Source: Anaerolineae bacterium
Lineage (GTDB): Bacteria; Desulfobacterota; Desulfobacteria; Desulfobacterales; ETH-SRB1
Direction of reading: 5' to 3'
Assembly: GCA_035529315.1 (NCBI GenBank)
Contig: DATKWZ010000016.1
Location: 88,464 to 152,463, forward strand
Length of the DNA stretch: 64,000 nt
Below the pieces are notes generated by a model, which was not told the DNA's origin, made no database searches, and saw nothing but the letters and a program-made list of their open reading frames with translations. Position numbers and translations under genes: made by a program. Shown piece by piece: positions 29,559 to 39,093 of the stretch. Every line of letters begins with the position of its first letter. Positions within the stretch are counted from its first letter, which is position 1.

Positions 29559-31469
29559 CTAAAGCCGAAAGAGTCCGAAACCAACCGTTGTGCCCTTGTC
29601 AAGTTCACTTTTTATTGTTACCCTCCCGCCATGAGATTCTACAATATATTTTATAATGGACATACCCAGACCTGTGCCGCTGATTTTCTCTGTTTCCTTT
29701 CGTCTTACCCGGAAAAACTTATCAAAGATATAGCGAAGATCCTGCTTTGCTATGCCGATACCATGATCTTGCACACTAATCCAGACAATATCATCTCTTG
29801 CAAAAGCCTTGCACATAATATCGCCTCCCGGAGAGTATTTAATTGCATTATCAAGAATGTTCTTTATAACCTGATCTATTCTCTCTTTATCCGCGCTTAC
29901 AAGGGGAAGATTTTCTTCTATGTCTGCAATAATGCGGTGGCCGGTCTCTGCTTTGGAATAAAAATTAATGTTTTTTGATAAGATATCAGCTAAATTAACA
30001 GGCTTTTTTGTAAAGCTAAAATCCTTTTGAGATTCTATCCGTGAGACGTCGAGCAGGTCATCAACAATATTGCTCAGATGGATTGATTCCTCACTAATAA
30101 AACCCAAAAAATCTTTTTTCTGGCTTTCTGTTAAAGTTCTTGTCAGGAGAAGTTCGCTATATCCCAGAAGAGTGGTCAAGGGTGTTCGAAGCTCATGAGA
30201 GGCTGTGCTTAAAAATTCTGACTTAGCCATGTTGGTTTCCATCAGCTCATTTTGGATTACCATTAATTCATTGTTGGCTTTTTCCAAATCCTGGGTGCGT
30301 TGCTGTACCTTTTTTTCAAGGGTTTTGCTATATTGATCTATTTTGTTCTTTGAAACCGCCAGATCTTCAGCCATACGGTTGAAAGCCGCAGCCAGAGCTC
30401 CGACCTCATCTCTGGAATTCACAACAGCCCTTTGGGAAAGATCTCCTGCCGCAAGTCCTTTTGTAACCTCCATCAGGCGCTGGATGGGTTTAATAATGGT
30501 GTTGGCTACTTGAAAGGAGAGAAATATCCCCAGGACAATGCCCATCCCGGAGATCAGCAGACCAAAGCGAAAGATTTCAGACAAACGTGCATAATATGCT
30601 GTTGCGTCATAACCGATGCTTACCACTCCTTTAAATTCACCATCAATTCTCAGCGGCATATCAAACATATATATTTTTTGACCTGGCGACAACCTGGTGT
30701 AGCTTTCAGCCCCGTTGATAATTGCCTTAACCCCCTTATCAGCGGCAATCATGCCTACCCTGTTCAAATCACTGCACGCTATGATACGGCTGTTGTCGTC
30801 GACAATCATGATCCGGGAAATAATCTCGGATTCCGATGTTAATCTGTCCACTAATCTTTGAATATGAATCAGCCTGTTTACATCCTGCATGTTTTCGATG
30901 CTGTAACTGAGCGATTCAGCCATAATGCGGCTGTCTCTCTTCATCTGGTCGGCAAGTTGCACCTGATCTTTGGGGCGCGCATACAGATATTCGCGCAATT
31001 CAAAGGCAACCTCCAGCAAACCAAAAACCTTATCCCCCCTTTTAAAAGGGTAAACCGCTGAATAGACCTGCTCTCCCATCTTGGTGTCAAATCCGCTGAC
31101 ATAGTAACCCTTTTGTAATGCGTTTGAAATAAGATAGGAAGATGCAACTTCCCCAACCTGCTCCCTGAATGTGGCGGATGTAATTCGACCACTACTATCT
31201 ATGACCCATACGCCGAAAATTCCTTCAGTCAGGGACAATTCCTCCACAAGCGCTTGCAGGCTTACCTTTTCGGCAATACTTTTCTGGTTTGTAATACCGA
31301 TAATCAGTGCGCGGTTCAAGATAACGGCATTATCCTGCATGTTGGTAAGAAGGCTCTTCTTTTCGTGCATATAGCTGGCCCAGAAGGATAGCAGCGTAAT
31401 GAAGACAAGCAATGCAACCATAGCTGCTATAATCTTGGCCCGTATGCCCATACCTTTTGAGGATTGCAT
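29559..31469 (-). CDS. sensor histidine kinase (TM - ~270-aa periplasmic domain - TM - HAMP - HisKA - HATPase_c)
   Basis: Two hydrophobic segments. HAMP-like IKPIQRLMEVTKGLAAGDLSQR. H-box SEFLSTASHELRTPL. N/G boxes NILDNAIKYS and GTGLGMSI. Confidence 0.92.
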   Translation of the reverse strand: MQSSKGMGIRAKIIAAMVALLVFITLLSFWASYMHEKKSLLTNMQDNAVILNRALIIGITNQKSIAEKVSLQALVEELSLTEGIFGVWVIDSSGRITSATFREQVGEVASSYLISNALQKGYYVSGFDTKMGEQVYSAVYPFKRGDKVFGLLEVAFELREYLYARPKDQVQLADQMKRDSRIMAESLSYSIENMQDVNRLIHIQRLVDRLTSESEIISRIMIVDDNSRIIACSDLNRVGMIAADKGVKAIINGAESYTRLSPGQKIYMFDMPLRIDGEFKGVVSIGYDATAYYARLSEIFRFGLLISGMGIVLGIFLSFQVANTIIKPIQRLMEVTKGLAAGDLSQRAVVNSRDEVGALAAAFNRMAEDLAVSKNKIDQYSKTLEKKVQQRTQDLEKANNELMVIQNELMETNMAKSEFLSTASHELRTPLTTLLGYSELLLTRTLTESQKKDFLGFISEESIHLSNIVDDLLDVSRIESQKDFSFTKKPVNLADILSKNINFYSKAETGHRIIADIEENLPLVSADKERIDQVIKNILDNAIKYSPGGDIMCKAFARDDIVWISVQDHGIGIAKQDLRYIFDKFFRVRRKETEKISGTGLGMSIIKYIVESHGGRVTIKSELDKGTTVGFGLFRL

Positions 31470-31477
31470 GTGTCGGT

Positions 31478-32353
31478 TTATTCCTTGCCGCTGAGGCCGT
31501 GCTTATAAGAAAGCATGGTTGCTGCAATCGGAATGGCTATGATTAGCCATACGATCAAAAGGATTATGGAAAAAAAAGCGCAACTACGATAGATAATATA
31601 TAATCCTTTATTTCCTTTTTCCGAAAAATTCTCAGCCACGTTTTTTATTTTTTCACCCTCAATGTTTAGCGCATGCAAGGTATTATCCAGGTACGCATAG
31701 TTTTTCGTAATCTCGTTAAAGATCAGGTTGTCTTGGCTCATTAATTCATCAATCCTCTTATCATCCTGCGCCCAGATCAAAAGATTTGTCACCGCTTCCT
31801 TCCGCTTATTCTCAAAAGAGATTTCATCCGGAGATCTGGGATGACTCCGGTAGATTATGTACCCCTTTTCATTTATGCGAATTTCCTGCAGGGCAATGAT
31901 GCCGCGTTCGGGATTCATTTTTGAATATATGACCGCCAGAATATTTTTTTCTAAGTCTCTTATCTCGGTAATGTTTTTATCAACAACTTCATGATATAAA
32001 ACTAGCTGATCAAACAATCGCTCATAAATGTTTATAGCCTCCTCCCAGATGGGAAATTCAAAAAGCTCTTCCGGCTTTTCGGCAAATGATGTTTTTTCAT
32101 AAAGAGAGAGCACCTTTCGCAACTTGATTATCTTATCTTTAACATTGTCTGGCACATCTTCTTGATGGTAGAGGAGATAACTATTTGCCTGTAATTTCAT
32201 CTCCAAGACCAACTCCTTTATCTGTATTCCACTGTCGACCAGATGGGTATATTTCGGGATGGCTTTGACATTTAATAAAATAATAGAGCCGATAATAAGA
32301 GAAAGAACAATGCAGACACTAAAGGCGATTTTAATCTCTTTGGTATTTTTCAT
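31478..32353 (-). CDS. membrane protein, unknown function (TM at both ends, helical periplasmic middle)
   Basis: N-terminal IAFSVCIVLSLIIGSIILL and C-terminal FFSIILLIVWLIIAIPIAATML. It overlaps the cytochrome gene stop by 4 nt. Confidence 0.6.
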   Translation of the reverse strand: MKNTKEIKIAFSVCIVLSLIIGSIILLNVKAIPKYTHLVDSGIQIKELVLEMKLQANSYLLYHQEDVPDNVKDKIIKLRKVLSLYEKTSFAEKPEELFEFPIWEEAINIYERLFDQLVLYHEVVDKNITEIRDLEKNILAVIYSKMNPERGIIALQEIRINEKGYIIYRSHPRSPDEISFENKRKEAVTNLLIWAQDDKRIDELMSQDNLIFNEITKNYAYLDNTLHALNIEGEKIKNVAENFSEKGNKGLYIIYRSCAFFSIILLIVWLIIAIPIAATMLSYKHGLSGKE

Positions 32354-32883
32354 TTAGAAGACACCTCTTTTCTCACTTTAGACTCGGCCCTGTGTTCAAT
32401 CCGCTTCCGGTATTTTTCATAATCAAATTCCGGGGTCCAGTTGCGATCGTGACATTTAATGCAGACACTTTGATAATCTATCTTTCTTCCGATCGGAAGC
32501 GCCTTCTTGTCGTAAGGGTTATCCTTGTGTTTGCTGCCCGGACCATGACAGGCCTCGCACTGGACACCCCTTAATTCCGGTGTAATCTTTTCGCTGACAA
32601 AGCCCTGAGATTCGCGATAGCCGGTGGTGTGACATTTTAAACAATAGGGGTTGTTTTTCATCCTTCCAAGCCGTGCAAAGGCATTGGCATGGGGGTCTTT
32701 TTCCCATTCCTTAAAGTATTCGAAATGACAGAGGCGGCATTTCCTGTTGCCGATATAGTATTGCTCTCCATTGGCAAAGACATCGCGCACATGCAGTTGG
32801 AAGAGTGAGGGTGCAAGGGAAAAGAAGACGGCCTCAAAGAGCAAGGCTGTGAATACAATAATAATGAATCGGAGTTTAGCCAT
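32350..32883 (-). CDS. membrane-anchored tetrahaem cytochrome c
   Basis: Four CxxCH motifs: CRLCH, CLKCH, CEACH and CIKCH. N-terminal hydrophobic anchor. The start is moved to ATG 32883 (MAKLRF...) after cAGGTGattgaa. Confidence 0.85.
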   Translation of the reverse strand: MAKLRFIIIVFTALLFEAVFFSLAPSLFQLHVRDVFANGEQYYIGNRKCRLCHFEYFKEWEKDPHANAFARLGRMKNNPYCLKCHTTGYRESQGFVSEKITPELRGVQCEACHGPGSKHKDNPYDKKALPIGRKIDYQSVCIKCHDRNWTPEFDYEKYRKRIEHRAESKVRKEVSSK

Positions 32884-32945
32884 TTCAATCACCTGGAGTT
32901 ATGATTACGTTTATTCACTTTTAATACAAGACCATCACTATTGAA

Positions 32946-32975
32946 TTAATATCAAAAAAATATAGTTAATGTCAA
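32946..32975 (-). promoter_or_regulatory. putative sigma70 promoter of the cytochrome/HK/RR/SBP operon
   Basis: The minus strand reads TTGACA-N18-TATTAA, ~65 nt upstream of the cytochrome start. Confidence 0.4.
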
Positions 32976-32991
32976 CCTTGCAAACCTTTCT

Positions 32992-34584
32992 CTACAAATC
33001 TATTTGTTCAGAAATCATTTCCTTTTTTGCATAGTCATAAAAAAGACGTTTTTTGACAAACAGATCATAAATATCCGGATCAATATGCTTATCCTTTTTC
33101 ATGCACTCCATGATTTTTATCGCATGGGAGAGCTTTCTGGGTTTATTATATGGTCTGTCCTTGGCAGTCAGCGCTTCAAAAATATCAGCAACAACCATAA
33201 TACGCAACTGAAAAGGCATTTCCTTTGCCGTCAAACCGCTTGGATAGCCTGATCCATCAAGTTTTTCATGGTGTGATGCAGCGTATCTCGGCACATTTGC
33301 CAGTTTTTTTGGAAAAGGGATCTGTTTTAATATCTTAAGAGTCATTTCAGCATGGTTTTCTATAATTTTGCGTTCTTCCCAGGTTAGAGTTCCTTTGCGA
33401 ATACACAGATTCTTTACCTCGTCCTCAGTAAGATAATAATGTTCTTCATTATTTAGTGAATAGGTTTTTTTTGCGATATTTTTAATTCTTTTGATTTTGT
33501 CATCATTCATAAATTCTTTTGTATTGTTACATGCTTTGATAAAATCAAGTTCATTATAAAGCATTTTTAATTCATCGCCAAGGTACTGCTCAATACGTTT
33601 TATTTTATCCCTGGAATTTTCTTCATTTTTCAGTAATTCTATTTTACGCTTTAAATATCTGTTTTTAATTAAGCCGGCTATAAGATAAAATCTGGTTTCA
33701 ATAAGAAATATACGGTCACACATGGTCTCGAGTTTTGTTGACTTGTCAATCACGTGCTCAGGTGTAGTAATTTTGCCCACATCGTGCATCCATGCTGCAA
33801 GCCTCAACTCTTCAATTTCATCTTCATTAAAATAAATATCTTTAAACGGACCATCATGAGACTTGTTTATTTCTTCTGCAATCATCATGGTAAGAAAGAC
33901 GACACGCCTTATATGGCCTCCTGTGTATGGAGATTTTTCGTCAACAGCTGTGGCAATGCTTTTGATAAAGGAATAGAATAAATTTTTCAGATCCTGGATG
34001 AGTTGTGTGTTGGTCAAAGCAACTGCGGCCTGCGAAGCAAGGGAAGCGATCAGATTTACATGTTTTGCGGGAAATGACACCACCCTGCCTGTTTTAATAT
34101 TCTTGGCATTTAATAACTGCAACACGCCAATAATATCATTTTCATGATTTTTCATTGGAATAACAATCATGGACTTTGATCTGTAGCCTGTGGTTGTATC
34201 GTATTTTTTCGGGCCGGTAAAATCAAACCCTGATGCTTTATAGACATCCGGTATGTTGATGGTTTCACCTGTAAGAGCGGTATATGATGAAACATTGGAA
34301 TGATTTGGACGTCCACTTATATAAAGAGGAACTTTAGGCAGGACAATTTTGTTCGCAATGGAGTCATTCTGCATTATCTCAAAACTAAGATGCAATTTGT
34401 CGTCATCGACTGTATACAATGTTCCTGCATCAGCATTTGAAAGATCTCTGGCTTCATCAACAATCATTTCCAGCAGCTTGCTGATATTTTTTTCAGCAGA
34501 CAGTGCCAGCCCTATCTCGGCAAGCTGTTTCATCTGCTTTTGCTGGTTGTTGATTTTCCGATCAAAATCTGACGAAGATGTCAT
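32992..34584 (-). CDS. GAF-domain HD-GYP phosphodiesterase
   Basis: GAF-like N-terminus (EARDLSNADAGTLYTV). HD motif AAWMHDVGK. HHEKLDGSGYP is the HD-GYP signature. Confidence 0.9.
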   Translation of the reverse strand: MTSSSDFDRKINNQQKQMKQLAEIGLALSAEKNISKLLEMIVDEARDLSNADAGTLYTVDDDKLHLSFEIMQNDSIANKIVLPKVPLYISGRPNHSNVSSYTALTGETINIPDVYKASGFDFTGPKKYDTTTGYRSKSMIVIPMKNHENDIIGVLQLLNAKNIKTGRVVSFPAKHVNLIASLASQAAVALTNTQLIQDLKNLFYSFIKSIATAVDEKSPYTGGHIRRVVFLTMMIAEEINKSHDGPFKDIYFNEDEIEELRLAAWMHDVGKITTPEHVIDKSTKLETMCDRIFLIETRFYLIAGLIKNRYLKRKIELLKNEENSRDKIKRIEQYLGDELKMLYNELDFIKACNNTKEFMNDDKIKRIKNIAKKTYSLNNEEHYYLTEDEVKNLCIRKGTLTWEERKIIENHAEMTLKILKQIPFPKKLANVPRYAASHHEKLDGSGYPSGLTAKEMPFQLRIMVVADIFEALTAKDRPYNKPRKLSHAIKIMECMKKDKHIDPDIYDLFVKKRLFYDYAKKEMISEQIDL

Positions 34585-34826
34585 CTTGTTTGAATCTCCA
34601 CCTGATTAACAAGACATGGTTTTTAATAAAGCTTGTTCTAAATGGTTGACAATTTTTCAAGGATCATCATCGGAAATTATTTTTACGTTTTTAATGAGTT
34701 CTTTGGCTTCTTCTTCAGACACATAGAGGTTTTACATCTCATTTATTTTGACAATATGAATTACCTTCTAAATTCGCGTAAACTGTTGATAGCAAAGACC
34801 AAATTCAAATGATTTTAATGGCTCAA

Positions 34827-35672
34827 TTAGTGTATAAGTTTTGACATTTTTCCGGCAATATCGGCAAAAGCCTTTGTTACCGGGGAATCTTTATATTTTT
34901 CCTGAAAAGAAACACCTGTATCACCACATGACACAACATTAAGGTCAAAGGGAATTTTTCCTAAAAAAGCTATTCCTGCTGTTTCAGCGGTTTTCTCTCC
35001 ACCACCTGATCCAAACAGATTATGTTTTTCACCGCAATTGGGGCATGTAAAACCGCTCATATTTTCTATAAGACCAAAAATCTCCATTTTTACGGTTTTA
35101 CAGAAATTAATTGATTTCCTGACATCTGCAAGAGCTACCTCCTGCGGTGTGGTTACTATGATTGCTCTGGCATCGGAAATAGTCTGGGCAACGGAAAGAG
35201 GTTCGTCACCTGTTCCTGGAGGAGAATCTATAATCAAGAAATCAAGCTCACCCCATTCAACATCGGCAACAAATTGTCTGATCGCAGAATGTTTGATCGG
35301 ACCTCTCCATATTATCGCATCGTCCTTATTTAGGGTTAAAGACTCTACTGATACAGCCTGGAGATTCTCAGAAAAACTCATGGGCGTAAGCTTCTGATTC
35401 TGATTCAGGGTCAGCATCCCTTCAAGCCCGAGCATTCTGGGAATATCAGGCCCGTGCAGATCAACATCCATAATCCCAACCTTATAACCTTTGTCGGCAA
35501 GGGCTATGGCAAGGTTAACAGACACGCTTGTCTTGCCGACACCGCCTTTGCCGCTCATAACAATGATTTTATTTTTTATTTTTTTTAGAGATTCATCTAC
35601 CATGGCATCATGATTAGATTTCACTTGTTGCTTTTTAGCCGCGCTACAACTTTTTTTATTAATTATTTCCAT
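34827..35672 (-). CDS. Mrp/NBP35 family Fe-S cluster carrier ATPase (ApbC-like)
   Basis: Deviant Walker A GKGGVGKTS. DSPPGTGD. CPNCG motif. Confidence 0.9.
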   Translation of the reverse strand: MEIINKKSCSAAKKQQVKSNHDAMVDESLKKIKNKIIVMSGKGGVGKTSVSVNLAIALADKGYKVGIMDVDLHGPDIPRMLGLEGMLTLNQNQKLTPMSFSENLQAVSVESLTLNKDDAIIWRGPIKHSAIRQFVADVEWGELDFLIIDSPPGTGDEPLSVAQTISDARAIIVTTPQEVALADVRKSINFCKTVKMEIFGLIENMSGFTCPNCGEKHNLFGSGGGEKTAETAGIAFLGKIPFDLNVVSCGDTGVSFQEKYKDSPVTKAFADIAGKMSKLIH

Positions 35673-35713
35673 TATATCTCCTAATATTATTGACGGGCTT
35701 GCGTGGAGCTATA

Positions 35714-35742
35714 CAAAAAAGAAAACGCCGCAAATGCGGCGC
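35714..35742 (-). terminator. rho-independent terminator downstream of tRNA-Pro(TGG)
   Basis: The minus strand reads gCGCCGCatttGCGGCGttttctttttt: a 6-bp GC stem followed by a T-rich tail. Confidence 0.65.
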
Positions 35743-35905
35743 CTAAATGAGACCTTTGAAAAATGCTCAATTTTGTTTAAGTTCAAGGAAGGCGAAAATT
35801 GTAAACGTAGGAATACATTGAGTATTTCGAGGCTTAAAATTTGAGCCTGACGCCGAAATTGGGCAAAAGGGGGCGTTTTGCAAAGGTCTCTAACTACCTG
35901 ATATT

Positions 35906-35984
<79 letters not shown>

Positions 35985-36037
35985 ATAATAGATTGGTTTT
36001 TCTATCATGCTTTATTTATTCACGCAAGTTATAATTA

Positions 36038-36814
36038 TTAGTTTTTTTCTGATAAAAAATTGTCTATTGCCCTGCTTATTGCCTCCGCAAATTCAGACAA
36101 AAGCTGTGTGTCACACAGCTTTTTCTCTTCACCCGGGTTGCTTAAATATCCGATTTCAATAAGTACAGCAGGCATATCCGCCCCTGACAGCGCTACAAGC
36201 GACGCCACGTCTATCCTGGTTTCCATATGTTTTATTCTGTCATTAATCTGAGTTTGCATTGATTCAGCCAAGGCTCTGCTTCTCGCTATATGCCTTTTTT
36301 GAATATCATCCCAGGTTGTCCGGTCGTTGCCTGAATTATAAGTCTCTGATGTTGCACCGTTAAAAGTTATATCAGAACCCGACATTTCTTTGAAATAATA
36401 TATGGTTATTCCGCTTGCTTTATGAAGAAAACTTCCACCGACATGTATGCTGACAAACAGGTCTGCTTCCATATGGTTTGCAACGGCAGTTCTGTCCGGT
36501 ATGCCAAGCAGGTAATCATCCGCCCTGGTTAAAGACGCACTGTACTTACTCCCAAGTTCGGTTGCAATCATTCTGGCAAGGCTTAGAGTTATTGTCTTTT
36601 CAAATGCTCCATCCGCTCCCCGGGCGCCTTTATCATGCCCCCCATGTCCCGGGTCTAAAACAATAATCTTCTTTTCGTGGTTAAATAAATTAGAATTTGC
36701 ATTTCCATTGGTCGTCAGAAAGCATAAAGATATTAACAAACAGATTATTAATGCAAATAATAGTTTCATCCGATTTGGTGTAATAATATTAAACATAAAA
36801 GATAAGCGCATCAA
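36038..36814 (-). CDS. N-acetylmuramoyl-L-alanine amidase (Amidase_3 family)
   Basis: VLDPGHGGHDKGA, FVSIHVGG and IEIGYLSNPGEE. Signal-like N-terminus. The start is uncertain (TTG 36814, ATG 36811 or ATG 36769). Confidence 0.88.
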   Translation of the reverse strand: MMRLSFMFNIITPNRMKLLFALIICLLISLCFLTTNGNANSNLFNHEKKIIVLDPGHGGHDKGARGADGAFEKTITLSLARMIATELGSKYSASLTRADDYLLGIPDRTAVANHMEADLFVSIHVGGSFLHKASGITIYYFKEMSGSDITFNGATSETYNSGNDRTTWDDIQKRHIARSRALAESMQTQINDRIKHMETRIDVASLVALSGADMPAVLIEIGYLSNPGEEKKLCDTQLLSEFAEAISRAIDNFLSEKN

Positions 36815-36962
36815 TTTTGCCTTGACACATATATGATGAATTCGTAAAAAGTCAGATTCATCATATATTGTTTGATAATATTTTTCTTATTATATATATA
36901 TTGATTATTAAATCAAGGTTTTTGCAACCAGCTTTAATCTGCAGATGAAATAATTGCAACCT

Positions 36963-37049
36963 GCGAGAGTGGCGGAATTGGTAGACGCACTGGACTTAGG
37001 ATCCAGCTCTGGGAACAGAGTGGGAGTTCAAATCTCCCCTTTCGCACCA
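36963..37049 (+). tRNA. tRNA-Leu (anticodon TAG), long variable arm
   Basis: GCGAGAG acceptor stem pairing with CTTTCGC. Anticodon loop CTTAGGA. Variable stem-loop CTCTGGGAACAGAG. T-arm GGGAG-TTCAAAT-CTCCC. CCA encoded. Confidence 0.92.
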
Positions 37050-37118
37050 GTTAAAAATAAAATGTAATTGCCTGAAAATCGAATATAATTTTTGATAGTT
37101 AATTGAGAAAGGAAAATT

Positions 37119-38456
37119 ATGCAAGTTATTGTAGAAGATATTAACAGTGTAAAAAAGAAACTTCATATTGAAATCCCAAATGATATGGTTGTCCAGGAAC
37201 TGGACCATGCCTATAAAAACCTCAAAAAAACCGCAAAGATAAAAGGTTATCGCCCAGGTAAAACGCCCCGCTCGGTTCTGGAAAGATTATTTAAAAAAGA
37301 TGTGCATTCAGATGTATCATCTAAATTGCTTCAGGACTCATTAATTAATGCGATCAAGGAAAAAGATCTTAAGGTTATTGGAACCCCGGAAATTGATCCA
37401 CCTGAACTTAACACAAAAGAACCTTATAAATATGATGCAATAGTCGAGATACAACCGGAAATTGACAAGCTCGATTTTAAAGGGTTAAAACTCAAAAAAA
37501 CTCTGTACAGTGTAAGTGATGAAGAAATATCTACACAGCTCAAGATGCTGCAGAAAAACCTGGCTCAGCAAAAGACGGTCGAAGAAACTCGGCCGGTTCA
37601 AAAAGGGGATTTTGCCCTCATAGATTATGAAGGTTTTAAAGACGGAAAACCATTTGCCGAAACTCAAAAGACGGAAAATTTTACATTAAAGGTCGGCAAT
37701 GGTCAAATTTTCAAGGAATTCGACGAACAACTGATCAGCATGAATCCTGGTGAGAGCAAGGAAATAAACATACATTTTCCTGAAGATTATTTTAACAAGG
37801 AACTGGCTAATCTTGATATAAGCTTTCATGTTAAACTCAATGAAATCAGAGAAGAGGTGCTCCCTGAAATAAATGATGAATTTGCCAAGAATTTCGGCAA
37901 GTATGAAACACTGGATCAACTGAAAAATGCAATTTCCGATAACCTGCAGCAGGGTTATGGAAAAAGAACCGAGCAGGAGCTTAACGAACAGATCTTTACG
38001 GCATTGATAGCAAAAAAGGGGTTTGAAGTGCCGGATACAATGGTTGAATATGAGCTGGATGGTATTATTTCAGATATTGAAAGGTCTTTTGCTAACAGCA
38101 ACACCTCAATGGAAAACCTGGGCCTTTCAAAAGAGAACCTTTCAGAAAAATATCGGGATACGGCAATAAAACAGGTTAAGCGTCATTTAATATTAAACAA
38201 GTTGATTGAGCAGGAAAACCTGACCCTTTCTGATGAAGAAATTAATAACGGCTTCGAGGAGATGTCCAGGGTTTTTAATAAACCGCTTGAAGAAATAAGC
38301 AGCTTCTATAAACAGAACAAGGATAATCTGGAATTATTTAAAAATACACTCCTTGAAAAAAAATCAATCAAGCTTATTATTGAAAATAGCATTATTGAAA
38401 ATGTTGAACCTGAAGCCGAGCAGAAAAAGCAAGAGGCTAAGGATGAAACTAATTAA
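37119..38456 (+). CDS. tig: trigger factor
   Basis: N-terminal ribosome-binding region with GYRPGKTPRSVLE (GFRxGxxP signature) and a central FKBP-like PPIase. It sits upstream of clpP-clpX-lon. Confidence 0.95.
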   Translation: MQVIVEDINSVKKKLHIEIPNDMVVQELDHAYKNLKKTAKIKGYRPGKTPRSVLERLFKKDVHSDVSSKLLQDSLINAIKEKDLKVIGTPEIDPPELNTKEPYKYDAIVEIQPEIDKLDFKGLKLKKTLYSVSDEEISTQLKMLQKNLAQQKTVEETRPVQKGDFALIDYEGFKDGKPFAETQKTENFTLKVGNGQIFKEFDEQLISMNPGESKEINIHFPEDYFNKELANLDISFHVKLNEIREEVLPEINDEFAKNFGKYETLDQLKNAISDNLQQGYGKRTEQELNEQIFTALIAKKGFEVPDTMVEYELDGIISDIERSFANSNTSMENLGLSKENLSEKYRDTAIKQVKRHLILNKLIEQENLTLSDEEINNGFEEMSRVFNKPLEEISSFYKQNKDNLELFKNTLLEKKSIKLIIENSIIENVEPEAEQKKQEAKDETN

Positions 38457-38474
38457 TTTGAAAGGAGAATATTC

Positions 38475-39092
38475 GTGCCGTTAATACCGATGGTTATAGA
38501 ACAGAGCAGCAGAGGGGAACGGGCATATGATATTTATTCAAGGCTTCTCAAGGATAGAATAATTTTTTTAGGCTCTCCGATAACCGATGAAATTGCAAAT
38601 CTTTTAATAGCCCAGCTACTGTTTCTTGAGTCTGAAGATCCTGACAAGGATATAAATTTTTATATTAATTCGCCTGGCGGAGTTGTAACAGCGGGTCTTG
38701 CCGTATATGACACACTGCAATATATTAAACCTTCTATTGCCACGGTATGTGTCGGCCAGGCCGCCAGCATGAGCGCGGTTTTACTCGCCGCAGGCGCAAA
38801 AGGGAAACGATATTCCCTTCCCAACTCCAGGATTTTGATCCACCAGCCAATGGGCGGATTCCAGGGGCAGGCATCTGATATTGCTATACAGGCCAGAGAA
38901 ATACTTCGGATGAAAGATACCTTGAATGATATACTGGTATTTCACACAAACAAGAACTTAGAGCAAATACGCATTGATACTGACCGCGATTTTTTTATGT
39001 CCGGTAAAGAAGCAAAAGAATACGGAATCATAGATCACGTGATCACCGACAGGGATGATTTCGATCAAATAAAAAAGACTGGAGGGGCGTAA
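38475..39092 (+). CDS. clpP: ATP-dependent Clp protease proteolytic subunit
   Basis: [25 protein letters not shown]. Catalytic-serine context [12 protein letters not shown] motif. Confidence 0.97.
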   Translation: MPLIPMVIEQSSRGERAYDIYSRLLKDRIIFLGSPITDEIANLLIAQLLFLESEDPDKDINFYINSPGGVVTAGLAVYDTLQYIKPSIATVCVGQAASMSAVLLAAGAKGKRYSLPNSRILIHQPMGGFQGQASDIAIQAREILRMKDTLNDILVFHTNKNLEQIRIDTDRDFFMSGKEAKEYGIIDHVITDRDDFDQIKKTGGA

Positions 39093-39093
39093 A

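Noticed and set aside
34640-34760. Short minus-strand reading frame ...VSEEEAKELIKNVKIISDDDP in the HD-GYP/mrp spacer
   Set aside because: It is only ~22 codons from a GTG with no SD. It may be a relic of a decayed gene but is not supportable as a feature.
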